A DNA stretch of 55,009 nucleotides, the filler included, from Basidiobolus ranarum (lineage: Eukaryota): NCBI GenBank assembly GCA_040143965.1. It is 3 parts of 3 records of this genome, joined end to end, with 100 filler letters (N's around TTAATTAATTAA, not from the genome) between each part and the next. Parts side by side here need not be neighbours in the genome. Positions count along the whole stretch, not along the records: positions 36,822 to 55,009 come from JASJQH010000282.1; 2 more parts are not named here. One strand, given 5' to 3'. The number at the start of each line of letters is the position of its first letter. The first letter of the stretch is position 1. The notes under the pieces were generated by a model that searched no databases, had not been told where the DNA came from, and was given only the letters and a program-made list of their open reading frames with translations. Both the position numbers and the translations under genes were made by a program. Of this stretch, positions 36,822 to 48,087 are shown piece after piece.

Positions 36822-37052
36822 GACATGAAGAAGGATGACATGAAGAAGGATGACATGAAGAAGGATGACATGAAGAAGGATGACATGAAGAAGGATGACA
36901 TGAAGAAAGACGATATGAAAAAGGATGACATGAAGAAGGATGCAAAGAAGGAAGGATCAGCTCGTAACCTCGCAAATTCAGTAAACGATATTGTAACTAA
37001 CGAAGACGATCCTGAAGAGGAAGACAACGAAGAGGATGACGAGGATGAGTGA
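36822..37052 (+). CDS. 3' end of a (MKKDD)n pentapeptide-repeat protein with acidic tail; 5' end in the gap
   Basis: Eight 15-bp units GACATGAAGAAGGAT (36822-36941); variant units differ only synonymously (AAG/AAA, GAT/GAC), followed by AKKEGSAR...EDDPEEEDNEEDDEDE-stop. Confidence 0.7.
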   Translation, partial: DMKKDDMKKDDMKKDDMKKDDMKKDDMKKDDMKKDDMKKDAKKEGSARNLANSVNDIVTNEDDPEEEDNEEDDEDE

Positions 37053-37901
37053 ATAACTTGTTGCATTATTAAGAGAGAACTTGTCATGGTTCAGGAAACT
37101 CTCTCGAAATAGACCAAAATCAGCGTCTTATATGAACCTACTGCATCTAATTATCTTTATCTATTTTACATAACCAAAACCGTTTTATCAAGTTACATTT
37201 GTTAATGTTTACCTAAGCGTAGTGAAATTAGGATTAGCAAACGTTGTTGAAATTCCCTTTTCGCTTTACATTTTATCCCCTCATTAGAAGTTGCGTGTTC
37301 TATAGCTTGTTCACCGAATTGTTAGGATCAGCTACAAATCTCAGTAAATCCATAGATTTTAAATAAAGGTATTTACTATATATATGTCAATTGATTTGTC
37401 AAGGATAAATCAATACATTGATGAGCCTCACATGTACCATTATTATTAATAGTGCATGCACAATTTTACTACTGTTCACTCTCGAATTGAATATAGAGAA
37501 ATTTATTACTGAAGTTGTGATTATTCAAGAATATTTCGATTACTCTTTATTTCTATATTACAATTTAATTACAAGTATTTCTTGATAGTGCTTCACAACA
37601 TACTGTATTGGAGATTAGATTTAGCTAATTGCTTGAAACAGAGAGGCCTTTGGATCGCCAATGATTACTCTTTGAATATCGTAGTTACTTGACGAAAACA
37701 GTGATGGCGAACAAGGAGTATCAATTATAAACATATTAACAAGTAAAATAGAATTGGAGATTCTGTAAATGAAGCTATGAACAGAACAAAGAGTATCTCA
37801 GTTGATTGAGGTTTGTAACTCTCACTCCTTTACTAAAGTTTAAAATCTTGGTTAACTAAGTTTACAAGAAAACGTTGCTATAATGGAATGATACAGCGTA
37901 C

Positions 37902-38782
37902 CTAGTCCTCTCTCTCAAGTGAAAGCTCCCTAGATCCAGGCTCCATTTTTCTTGATGAATCGACAGGTGAAAGTGAACGCGATCCATGACGGTCATTCAG
38001 CCCCGTGGCCCCTCTTTTCGCAGGAGTTAGTGAGCGAGTGCGGGCTGGTGGCGAAGAACGAGAGTAGGAATCTCGTCCTTGCGAATGATTACGGGAGGTG
38101 GAACGATTCTTGAGATTGATAGCGGAAGATCGCTCTCGAGGTGAGTGGGAACGAGAGTACGAACGGTCAAGTTTACGGGTATCATGTGGAGACCTACTGC
38201 GATCATGTGAATATGAGCGACTTCGAGAGCGACAAGGAGAACGAGAACCAGCCCCTCGCCAGCCCCTTGGAGGGGCATTCTTAGCCCACTTAAGAAAGCC
38301 GAGATTAATGGGGAAGTGCATTTCAATATCTAACTAATGTAACATATTCACCTGAACACTTAACGTGTGACCATCAAGTTTTCTACCATGCATCTCGACA
38401 TATGCGTCCTCTGCGTCTCTACAATCTTCAAATTCGACAAAGGCGAAGCTGTTAAGTTCGATTATGCGAAAAGATGAGTGAGGATACATTTCGTCGTATT
38501 TTGGTTGAACGAGGATTGCGACATGATGGGCTACTTACAGTCTAGATGAATAGCCTTTAGGTGCAGGGATATCACAGCGGACAAGTCGGCCATATCTTGA
38601 ATATCATGGTTCGACACAAGAGGTACGATTTAATTTTATACAGTAGGGAAATATTGCAGCTTAGTGAGACATGGTTGCAAACTGAGCTACATTGATATAC
38701 ACTACCTTTCAAATTCATAAGCCAGGTCACGAGCACGTAGGCTTGAGCCAAAGCCCACAACAAACAAAGTCTTTCTGCTCAT
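37902..38782 (-). CDS. srp1: SR splicing factor (RRM + RS domain), S. pombe Srp1-like
   Basis: Exons 38782-38706, 38595-38539, 38448-38352, 38288-37902: [59 protein letters not shown] plus RS repeats. Confidence 0.9.
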
Positions 38783-39218
38783 AGCAAGAGAGCTGCCTAG
38801 TGCAAAGGAATGAGGGATTCCGAGTAACATAATTGCTTATGTTGACTGCTAATCTGGTAAATTTTGAGAGCCGAGTTAAAAAAAGAAAAAAATACCAAGG
38901 TTCTGTTAGTTGCCATCATTTTGCCCGAAGTAATTCTCGGAGCTTAATAGAAATAAGCAAGTCACGAACCACGTTTTTAGGAATCCCAAATACTATAATA
39001 TATGTGCAGGTCAATTAAATTAAAGTACATCATACGACTGTAGGGAAGCTGATGATTTCATAGATGAGGCACAGCATAGATGGAGCAGCCTTATTGGGGC
39101 CAGCTTTCTACCACAAAGGTAATCGCAAGTCGAGTTAGATGGTAGTTTTAATTTAGCAAGGTTGAATGAGCAGCCACTCCTTGCCATATAAGAGTTGCTC
39201 TCATCAAGTGTGTTCGAG

Positions 39219-39488
39219 ATGTATCCTCACAGCACCCTCTTTTACACACTTATAGCAGTAGCTTCGGCCTCCAACATACTGCTTAATTCATCTGAAGAAA
39301 GCACCAGCGGTTACATAGTCGATCCTTCGTATCGGACTTGTCTAGAGAGACATGGCGGTGTCCCATACTTCAGAATGAAGTGCAACTTGTGCAGGTGCTT
39401 ACCTTCGGGAGCCATTGCTTGCACTAAGAAAGCATGTTTGGGTTACACCAATAATGCAACAAAAAAGTTAACAAATGTGTATTATTAG
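39219..39488 (+). CDS. Small secreted Cys-rich protein with pacifastin-like (I19) inhibitor motif
   Basis: 89 aa; hydrophobic N-terminus MYPHSTLFYTLIAVASAS; C-x13-CNLCRC-LPS-G-AIA-CTKKAC; TATA-like CATATAAG upstream (~39185) and AATAAA downstream (~39528). Confidence 0.8.
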   Translation: MYPHSTLFYTLIAVASASNILLNSSEESTSGYIVDPSYRTCLERHGGVPYFRMKCNLCRCLPSGAIACTKKACLGYTNNATKKLTNVYY

Positions 39489-39993
39489 TGTGGTTGACCT
39501 AGAAGTCACATCCAGTTGCTCTCCAATAATAAACCCGTTAATCGTTGGCAACCCTAATATTATTATCATTGTTGCGAGGAATTATGCTGATCCGGTGGAT
39601 GGAACGGTATACATCATATGCTGGAAATTGTAAACTAAACTTAATGTTGTCAAGTTTGTAATTATAGATGGACCGAATTTTTTTTCGCATGTAAACAAAA
39701 AAAATTACAGGAATCATTGTCAGTGATGAAGAAAAAAAGAGGTTTTAGTATGTCGAAAGAAACCAAGGTGATTTCCCGGGCCAACGTATTATATTTCGCA
39801 TAGTACGTCCACTATCTGGAACCTGTCGTATATTTGGGAACTCTTTTCTCACTTGTGTTTTCTGTTGATAGCAAAGGGGCACAAGTTACTCTGTGGCACA
39901 TTTTACAACAGCAAGTTTCATAGAACCAAACATCTTCAATTACCCCTTATACGTCTCGTAAAAATTCATTCAACATAGTTTTGCATTTTACAC

Positions 39994-42900
39994 ATGCCAT
40001 CGACTTTTAATACAGTAGAACGTGAGAAGTTGTTCTCCAACCCCTCAGAATCAGGATTCCAATATCCTGCTCTTCAAACTTTAGTCGCTCCTCATCTAGA
40101 GTCTTTCAATTCATTGTTCGAAACTAATCTTCCAGATAATGTCGGACTATTAGATCTTGCCATTCGCGATATTGGCGAAAAAGTTATCTTTGACGGGAAG
40201 GGCGAGGGACCTGACGGGTCTTTAGCTAAAGGGAATCGTCTTTCATGTACGTTAAATTCTTTAGGATTTCTCATACTGGTTTACTAATGTCACATTCTTC
40301 CTTGGCTTAGGCTGGATTGAAGAGGTTCAAATCGGCCGTCCCACTCTCCCTGAGAAGGAACATCGTTCTGTTAACAGGTTGATCTTCCCTACCGAGGTGA
40401 GCGACCTTTTACACTCAATTCCACTATCCCTTCATATCTGACTCATACTGTATTACAAAGTGTCGTGAACGTTTCACCTCTTATAAGGGAAAGATGCAAA
40501 TCAAATTTTGCTGGCGCATTAATGATGGCCCAGTCAACGTCGAAACAAAAGCTCTTGGACAAGTACCAATCATGGTTAAATCTACTAGATGCAACTTATA
40601 CAAAATGACATCCAAGGATTTGATTAAGCACCATGAAGAATCTGAGGAGATGGGCGGTTATATCATAGTCAATGGTAATGAAAAAATCATCAGATTACTG
40701 ATTGCCCCCAAGAGAAACGTTGTGTCTGCTCTTATTCGTCCTTCTTTCACCAACCGTGGAGCTACTTATACTCACTTCGGTACAGTTATTCGTTGTGTCC
40801 GTCCTGATCAAAGCTCTCACACCAACACTTTACATTATCTCACTGACGGTAGCGCAATGTTTCGTTTTCATTGGCGTAAACAGGAGTATCTCATCCCTGT
40901 TGTACTCATTTTAAAGGCGCTCACAAACACATCCGACAAAGAGATCTTTGAAGCCATTGTTCAGAATGATTTTGGAAATACTTTCTTAACTGACAGAGTA
41001 GAGCTTCTCCTTAGAGATTTCAAAAGATACTCACTCTATACTCGTACACAGTGTCTAGAGTATCTTGGCGATAAGTTCCGTGTTGTCTTAAACTTACCCC
41101 CTGATTATACCAATGCTCAAGTTGGAGAAGCTCTTCTAACAAAAATCGTTCTGGTTCATTTGGACGACAATAGAGACAAATCCAATTTGTTGCTCTTCAT
41201 GATTCAAAAGCTTTATGCTCTCGTATCCGGTGCTTGCTGCGCCGACAACCCTGATTCCCCTCAACATCAGGAAATCCTTCTCGGTGGTCACCTTTATTTG
41301 AACATTCTGAAAGAGAAGCTTGAGGATTGGATTGAAGGATTCCGAAGACAAATAGCTATAGATGTTCGTAGAGGCTTGAGCAGCGTTAACTTCTTTGATA
41401 AAAAATATATAGTTAAGACTTTGGGTAAAGTTCCATCCGATATTGGCCAAAAGCTCCAGTACTTCTTGGCTACCGGTAATCTTATTTCCAACACTGGTCT
41501 TGATTTACAACAAGTTTCTGGTTACACTATTGTTGCTGAGAAATTGAATTTCCTTCGTTACATTTCTCATTTCCGTTGTGTTCATCGTGGTTCTTTCTTT
41601 GCTGAACTCAAAACAACGGCTGTCAGAAAACTTCTTGGTGAGGCTTGGGGTTTTCTATGCCCGGTCCATACTCCAGATGGCTCTCCATGTGGTCTGTTGA
41701 ATCATCTTGCTCATCAATGCAAAATCTCTACCGATTTCCCAGATACTTCTAAGATTCCGTATCATTTGGCTTCACTGGGTGTCTCTCAATCTCTTGTTCA
41801 CACTACCAGTGGCCCCAAAAACATTTCAGTTCAATTAGACGGTAAAGTGGTTGGTTGGTGTACTCCTGCTCTCGCCAAAGAGATCGCCAGTAAACTAAGA
41901 CTTTGGAAGATCGAAAAGAAATATGGAATTCCACTCGATCTTGAAATCGGTTATGTCCCTAGCTCTAACGGTGGCCAATATCCAGGTTTATTCCTTTTCT
42001 CTACTCCTGCCCGCATGTCTCGCCCAGTCAAGTACTTGGCTAACGGAAAGGCTGATATGGTGGGTCCATTCGAGCAGGTATATTTGGATATCGCTTGCAT
42101 GGATGATGAGGTTGTCCCCGGAACCTCTACACATCAAGAATACACTCCCACTAATATCCTCTCTGTGGTGGCCAATCTCACACCCTTCTCTGACTTCAAC
42201 CAGTCACCACGTAACATGTATCAGTGCCAGATGGGTAAGCAAGCTATGGGTACTCCCGCGCAGGCTCTCAGGTATCGTACTGATAACAAAATGTATCGTA
42301 TTCAAACTGGCCAAACTCCGATTGTTCGTCCCCACCTTCACAATCAATACGGTATGGATGGTTTCCCCAATGGTATGAATGCAATTGTCGCTGTTATTAG
42401 TTATACGGGTTATGATATGGAAGATGCTATGATCTTAAACAAATCCTCTCATGAGCGTGGATTTGGTTATGGTTCTGTCTACAAATCCGAAGTCATAGAT
42501 TTGTCGGATTTAAAGCGACCTGGAGAACCTATCACCTGCCATTTCGGTATTAATGAGAACTCTAATCGTGCTTGGAGGGAAAAGCTTGATTCTGATGGAT
42601 TGCCTTATATCGGTGTGAAACTCACCCAAGGGGATCCCATGTATGGCTATGTTAATGATGTCTCTGGTAAGACGGTCGTCAAGAGATATAAAGGTTTAGA
42701 AGACGCGTACGTGGATGAAGTACGTGTATTGGGTAACGATACAGGAGACGAAGAATGCCAAAAAGTTCATATTAAACTTCGAATTCCTCGTCCACCTATC
42801 ATTGGTGATAAATTCTCTTCTCGTCACGGACAAAAGGGTGTTTGCTCGCAAAAGTGGCCAGCTGTAGATATGCCTTTCACGGAATCTGGAATGCAGCCTG

Positions 42901-43565
42901 ATGTTATCATTAACCCGCATGCTTTCCCCTCCAGAATGACCATTGGTATGTTTGTCGAGAGTTTGGCTGGTAAAAGTGGTGCTCTCCATGGAACAGTTCA
43001 AGAGGCAACCCCATTCCAATTTAATGAAGATCACACAGCCGCCGATTTCTTCGGTCATCAGTTGTTACAGGCTGGCTATAATTATCATGGAAATGAGCCT
43101 ATGTATAGTGGTATCACTGGTCAAGAATTTAAGGCAGATATTTATATTGGATGTGTTTACTATCAAAGATTGAGACATATGGTTTCCGATAAATATCAAG
43201 TTCGTACTACAGGCCCAGTACATGCTCTCACCCAACAGCCCCTTAAGGGTCGTAAGCGTGCTGGTGGTATTCGTTTTGGTGAGATGGAACGTGATTCTTT
43301 ACTTGCTCACGGTGTGTCTTTCTTATTGCAAGATCGATTAATGAATTGCTCTGATTACTCTCAGACATTGGTATGTAAGCTTTGTGGATCCATTGTATCC
43401 CCAATTTCAACCGCATCCAATGCTTCCTCTATGCGTCGTGAGCACGAATGTCGTTCCTGTAAGACTTCTGAAGGATTGGAATTAATTGCTGTACCTTTCG
43501 TATTCCGATATTTGGCCACTGAGCTTATGGCAATGAACATCCAAATGAAATTAGAAGTGAAGTAA
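39994..43565 (+). CDS. RPA2: DNA-directed RNA polymerase I second-largest subunit
   Basis: Exons 39994-40246, 40311-40396, 40461-43565; PHLESFN, CVRPDQ, CPVHTPDGSPCGLLNHL, GDKFSSRHGQKG, RFGEMERD, C-terminal Zn ribbon; Pol I-type features. Confidence 0.97.
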
Positions 43566-45181
43566 ACCGTGTATGAATCTACCATTTTCCAAGTACTTCA
43601 ATCATTTGTTACCACTACACTCTTCCAAGTCCTCAGTTTTATCGATTTTCCAATGCTTGTTTTATATAGATTGCTTATAGGAAATCCCTAGATTTCAACA
43701 TACACATTAACAGCCTGATTATCACTCTCCCTACCGTAGATATTAAATACTCTACTACCTCTTTAGCTGTACACATAATACATTTTAAACTTGTTAGACC
43801 TCGTACTTTTAAAGCCTCCTAAGTCTACTGCCAAGTAGAGATTAGTGCTATATGGTTCGTTAAAGCTAATGACCTTATGGTGGCCTTAATTCTACTAAAG
43901 CAAACGGGTCATGATTATATAATGAACTAATATTTGAGTTTCTATCGGAAGTCGATAGGCGCTCCATGTATGGATGAAACACTCAATTGAATAACTGTAT
44001 CATTGTGTAGAAAAGTTGGGAAAAAAGTGAGGTAGGCAAGTATCAACTTGTTAAATCATGTTCATTGATGATGAATTCAAACTGATGAATCGATTTTGGA
44101 GGGCTGTATTTTTACGAGGTTAATTGTCTCACGAGAAACCAATTAGTAAGTCTTAGACAATAATAACAGTCACATGATATTCGGCAACACTTGTCTGGTA
44201 TTGGGTCATAATTGATCCTTAGTGGTGAGATCTGCGTCGTTTATCACATCCTCGACAACTTCACTTTTGGAGTATTCTTACCAAAAGTAGCGCCATTATA
44301 CTTCAGTTTATTAACATACTCTCCCCTTCTGATAGGTTCGAATGTTACCATGACTTCTCTAATTCTAGAGAAACCACTACTGTCACACCCACGAAGGAAG
44401 TACAGCGTTTTCGAGTAGTTCACCACAGATAAAATCGAAAACCTATTGTTTCCAATATGCCCTCATTCTGAGAGCGTGACGATATGGCGGAATACTCGGG
44501 AGAGAACTTGAATGATTGTTTTTTCATACAAGATAGCTGAGTTGCACGTTATGTTCAGCCTCTGATCATCTTTGGAGATATTCACAGTCCTATTTTGTGA
44601 GCGTAGAAACCTCTCTAGAGTACAGAATGAACAACTTGCTTCCATGGAGATTATCGGAATATTTAGAAACTCTCTCTCCCTACTCTCACATTTCCTATAT
44701 CCCCTGGGTATCAAATCATGTAGGCGTAGAAGAACGTTTGGAGGGGAGATTAACGAAATTTTCAGTATCAACCTATAACAAATATATATACTGGACAATA
44801 TCCATATTCCCAAAAGAAATGGGAGAAAGTCACCTCCTAATGCTTCGGATCATTTAACCAAAGCAAATATGCGTTCAAGCCCGATTTAGACACGGTTCTC
44901 CAGAATATTGAAGGAATCAACGAATCTATTGAAATAGAGTTCCATTCATTCTTTACTCAGATCTGCATACTGATGTAGATGTCAAGAGGGATTTGAAACA
45001 ACGTTTTGGATGCAGTGTGTTGAACACTGAGTTTCAACTTGTGGACTTCTAAACTGATCGAATGATCTCTGTTGCTATCTCTAGTGATAGACTCGGCTCT
45101 ACTTAGACTATAAATACCCATCCACTAACATTCATGCATTTCACTCAGTACAGGCCATTCTCCTCTCATCTGCATCCAGTC

Positions 45182-45784
45182 ATGAAGTTCTTCAACACCA
45201 CCTCCATCGCAATCGTTGCCAGCTTGATGATAGTCACACCAACTGTGACTGCTACGCCACTTCGATTGGAACAGAAGGATGTGGAAGCTATGGATGTAGA
45301 TGGGCTTCTGGGTGAATTCGATCATGATCCCGCCTTTAGAGATGAACTCATTGGGGGTAAACCAAACGTGGTCTCTAAATTAGTAGGTGGGGGAATCAAA
45401 GGGGCTCTCGTTGATAAGATCTTACATCGTGTTCTACGCTCATACGGGAACAAACTTGATATAGACTTGAGTGGCCTTTTCGATGGTGTAATCGATTCTG
45501 AAGGACCAAATGTCAAAACTATTCTACAGTCGGTCAGCAGGAGTCGTCGACTATCAAAATACTCCGATACGATCGAAAAGCTGGGTGGTATTGAGCATAT
45601 CACTACTGTTTTGGATCGATTTGGCGGTATCAAGTCTATCCTAGGCTACGGTAAAGGTCGCAGTAAAGGAAAGAAAGACGACAGCACAAAGAAGGAAGGA
45701 AAGAAGTCTGACAGCACGAAGAAGAACGAAAAGAAGTCTGACAGCAAGGGAAAGAAGCAAAAGAGCTACAAGAAATCCCGCTAA
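45182..45784 (+). CDS. Secreted hypothetical protein, paralog A, with Lys-rich repeat tail
   Basis: Signal peptide MKFFNTTSIAIVASLMIVTPTVTA; TATAAATA at ~45109; intronless; homologous to 46503-46988. Confidence 0.8.
   Translation: MKFFNTTSIAIVASLMIVTPTVTATPLRLEQKDVEAMDVDGLLGEFDHDPAFRDELIGGKPNVVSKLVGGGIKGALVDKILHRVLRSYGNKLDIDLSGLFDGVIDSEGPNVKTILQSVSRSRRLSKYSDTIEKLGGIEHITTVLDRFGGIKSILGYGKGRSKGKKDDSTKKEGKKSDSTKKNEKKSDSKGKKQKSYKKSR
45671..45760 (+). repeat. Three imperfect 30-bp coding repeats (KKDDSTKKEG/KKSDSTKKNE/KKSDSKGKKQ)
   Basis: Units start at 45671, 45701, 45731 and share GACAGCA. Confidence 0.8.
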
Positions 45785-46502
45785 GTGACGGAGGTGAACT
45801 GAGACGATGAATATTTTATTTAGATACAAAAGTTGAACATAATAAATTGTTAATCAGCTAGAATACATGCATGTCCCTAAGTATTCTTATCTTCTGCCTT
45901 CCTGTTGTTGTTGATTATTTAGTGTGGTTACATCATTACACTGGAGTTAAAAGACACCGCACTAATAAGATAAACATACAATATACATGTTCAGTAGCAT
46001 CTAGTATTACATGGCAGAAAACCATTGAACAACACAAAATCTTGAAAGATGTAACGCTATCTCCTTACACGGAAATATGTAATGTTAAATATTATGATAT
46101 TATGGACCAAGCTATCATTACAACTATGGTCTGTGGCCGATAGAGATCGCTGTAATCCCGTAGTGATACGATAGGAGGCCTCGAAACGTATCAGATGTAC
46201 TAAGCTTTTGATTGCGTCCCTGGTAGCACAACCACCCTCTTGCATGAAGGAGGTGATCGCTAGGCTGTTTGGAATGTTACAGATGCTAACAAAGGAGATT
46301 TATTAAGTGTTGACACTAACATCCCAGACTATGACTTCGTTGTAATGGATGCACTTGTCCTCGACATGGTGTGGTTTCAGATAGTGCAACAGTACATATC
46401 CTCTGACTGTCGAAAGCCGTCGTCTTGAATATAAATATCGAGAGAGATCCTTTCTTGTTGCTCACCATCCCTTTGCTATTATATAGGCGCGTTTCCTCCA
46501 CC

Positions 46503-46988
46503 ATGAAATTCATCAGCTCCGCCTCTATCGCTGTCATTGTTGGTTTGTTGGTGGTTACACCAGCAGTGACTGCCATTCCACGCCAACTGGCACTAGAGGA
46601 TATGGAAGTGGTGAATGTAGATTCTCTCATTAATGAACTTGATAACGATGTGCTTTTAAGAGATGATATTTTTGGAGCTGGAGGAAAAGAGACTCTGATC
46701 TCCAAGTTAGTTGGTGGAGGATACAAAGGAGCTATTGCCGATCAAGTAGTTCATAGTTTCCTGAATAAGTTTGGGGATCAATTGGGGGTAGATTTGGCTG
46801 GTCTAGTGGATGCTATCATTAATACCAATGGACCAGACACTCAAGCAGTTCTTGACGCCTTAAAGAAGAGCAAGAAATTCATCCCTCTCTCCAAAATATT
46901 AGAGAGCTTTGGAGGTGCCCCCGAGATTGATCGCGTAGTTGAATCAGTGAAAAAATTGCTCGGCAGTCGCTTAAAACACAAGGCGTAA
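46503..46988 (+). CDS. Secreted hypothetical protein, paralog B
   Basis: Signal peptide MKFISSASIAVIVGLLVVTPAVTA; shares SKLVGGG.KGA, DL.GL.D..I...GP and E..GG with paralog A. Confidence 0.8.
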   Translation: MKFISSASIAVIVGLLVVTPAVTAIPRQLALEDMEVVNVDSLINELDNDVLLRDDIFGAGGKETLISKLVGGGYKGAIADQVVHSFLNKFGDQLGVDLAGLVDAIINTNGPDTQAVLDALKKSKKFIPLSKILESFGGAPEIDRVVESVKKLLGSRLKHKA

Positions 46989-48087
46989 TCCTGAATATCA
47001 TATTAGCGGTTCTTCTAAATAAATATAATTAAACTGGGGGTTGGCCCTTAAATCCATCAGATCAACACTGTTGAGGCATTTTCAAGCGATGCCTTATTAT
47101 ATATCTAGTATTGTGAGGACAATAAGGTGCACAAAAATAGATTTCCAGTCTCGTAAAATCCACATCGATTTAGACATCACACAATGTGAGAAGCCGAGAT
47201 GCCAAGTCATGCAGTTATTTTGAGTTGACGATGTAGACATGTTTCAGGCAGGGCTTCGTGTGCAGTCTGTAATAGCCGCTAGCTGCGCAATAGTAGGTCG
47301 TTCTAGCTTTGTCTCATATGGGAACCTTTCTGTGACCCAGCTCTTAGCGTAATGGACTCTAGCTCATTTCTTTAGCTCCTTGACTCTGCGCAGGCTTGAT
47401 CCGTCTTTTCAATGAGATGAATCTGAAAGGGAGCTTCCATTCATTTCACTAATGACCAATGACCCGGGCGGGCACTGATTGGCGAAACCTAAGTTAGAGT
47501 GAAATTCTGATTTGTTCGAGCAAGGAGAAGCCCGACAATTGGCCACTTCATTGTCATCAAATCCAAATTGTGAACGACTTTGAAATGAGTCAAATGCGAG
47601 CATAAATGGAAAATAGAGTGTCATTTATTATCAGAAGATAGATGTCAAAACGCTCAAATGTAGTCGATCTCGCTGAGACGAAGTCATTCTTTTCTTTCGA
47701 AGGATGCATGGATTTCCGAACCATGAGCCAATTGAGGTCAGCAATTGTTAATGATCATTGGAGTGAACAATTGCCCCATGGTGCTTTCACAAGCTTCCAA
47801 CGAACCATATAAATGAGATCCATCCTTTTTCTATTAAGTTTGTTTACTTTTCGCCAGATTTGATTTCGCAAACATATTCCTGTTTACTTCCCAGCCTTAT
47901 CATCCTTCAACTAGACCTCTAAACAAACGCGTCTGAGACTCTAATCTAGTTATCTTTACCAGATTCATAGAGTCGTCTATTTCCTCTCATTTCTTATTGC
48001 TCCCTCTCAAGTTAGCCCCCTATTTTCTCCACTTGACTGCTTTCTGCCTATCGATACTATCCCTTACCCTAAATTTATCCTACTAGC

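Noticed and set aside
36766-37087. Minus-strand ORFs (SSCHP)n and (SSFFM)n
   Set aside because: Antisense shadows of the MKKDD repeat; variant units are synonymous only in the plus frame.
38449-38705. Introns of the SR gene as possible snoRNA or poison-exon hosts
   Set aside because: No C/D box pair or convincing extra exon visible on the sense strand.
44330-44350. GGTTCGAA T-loop-like motif (similar at ~11498, ~28389, ~38608)
   Set aside because: No cloverleaf stems or A-box; no tRNA supported.
44212-44857. Several overlapping 60-116 aa ORFs on both strands (likewise 52250-53350)
   Set aside because: No motifs or consistent splicing; treated as chance ORFs.
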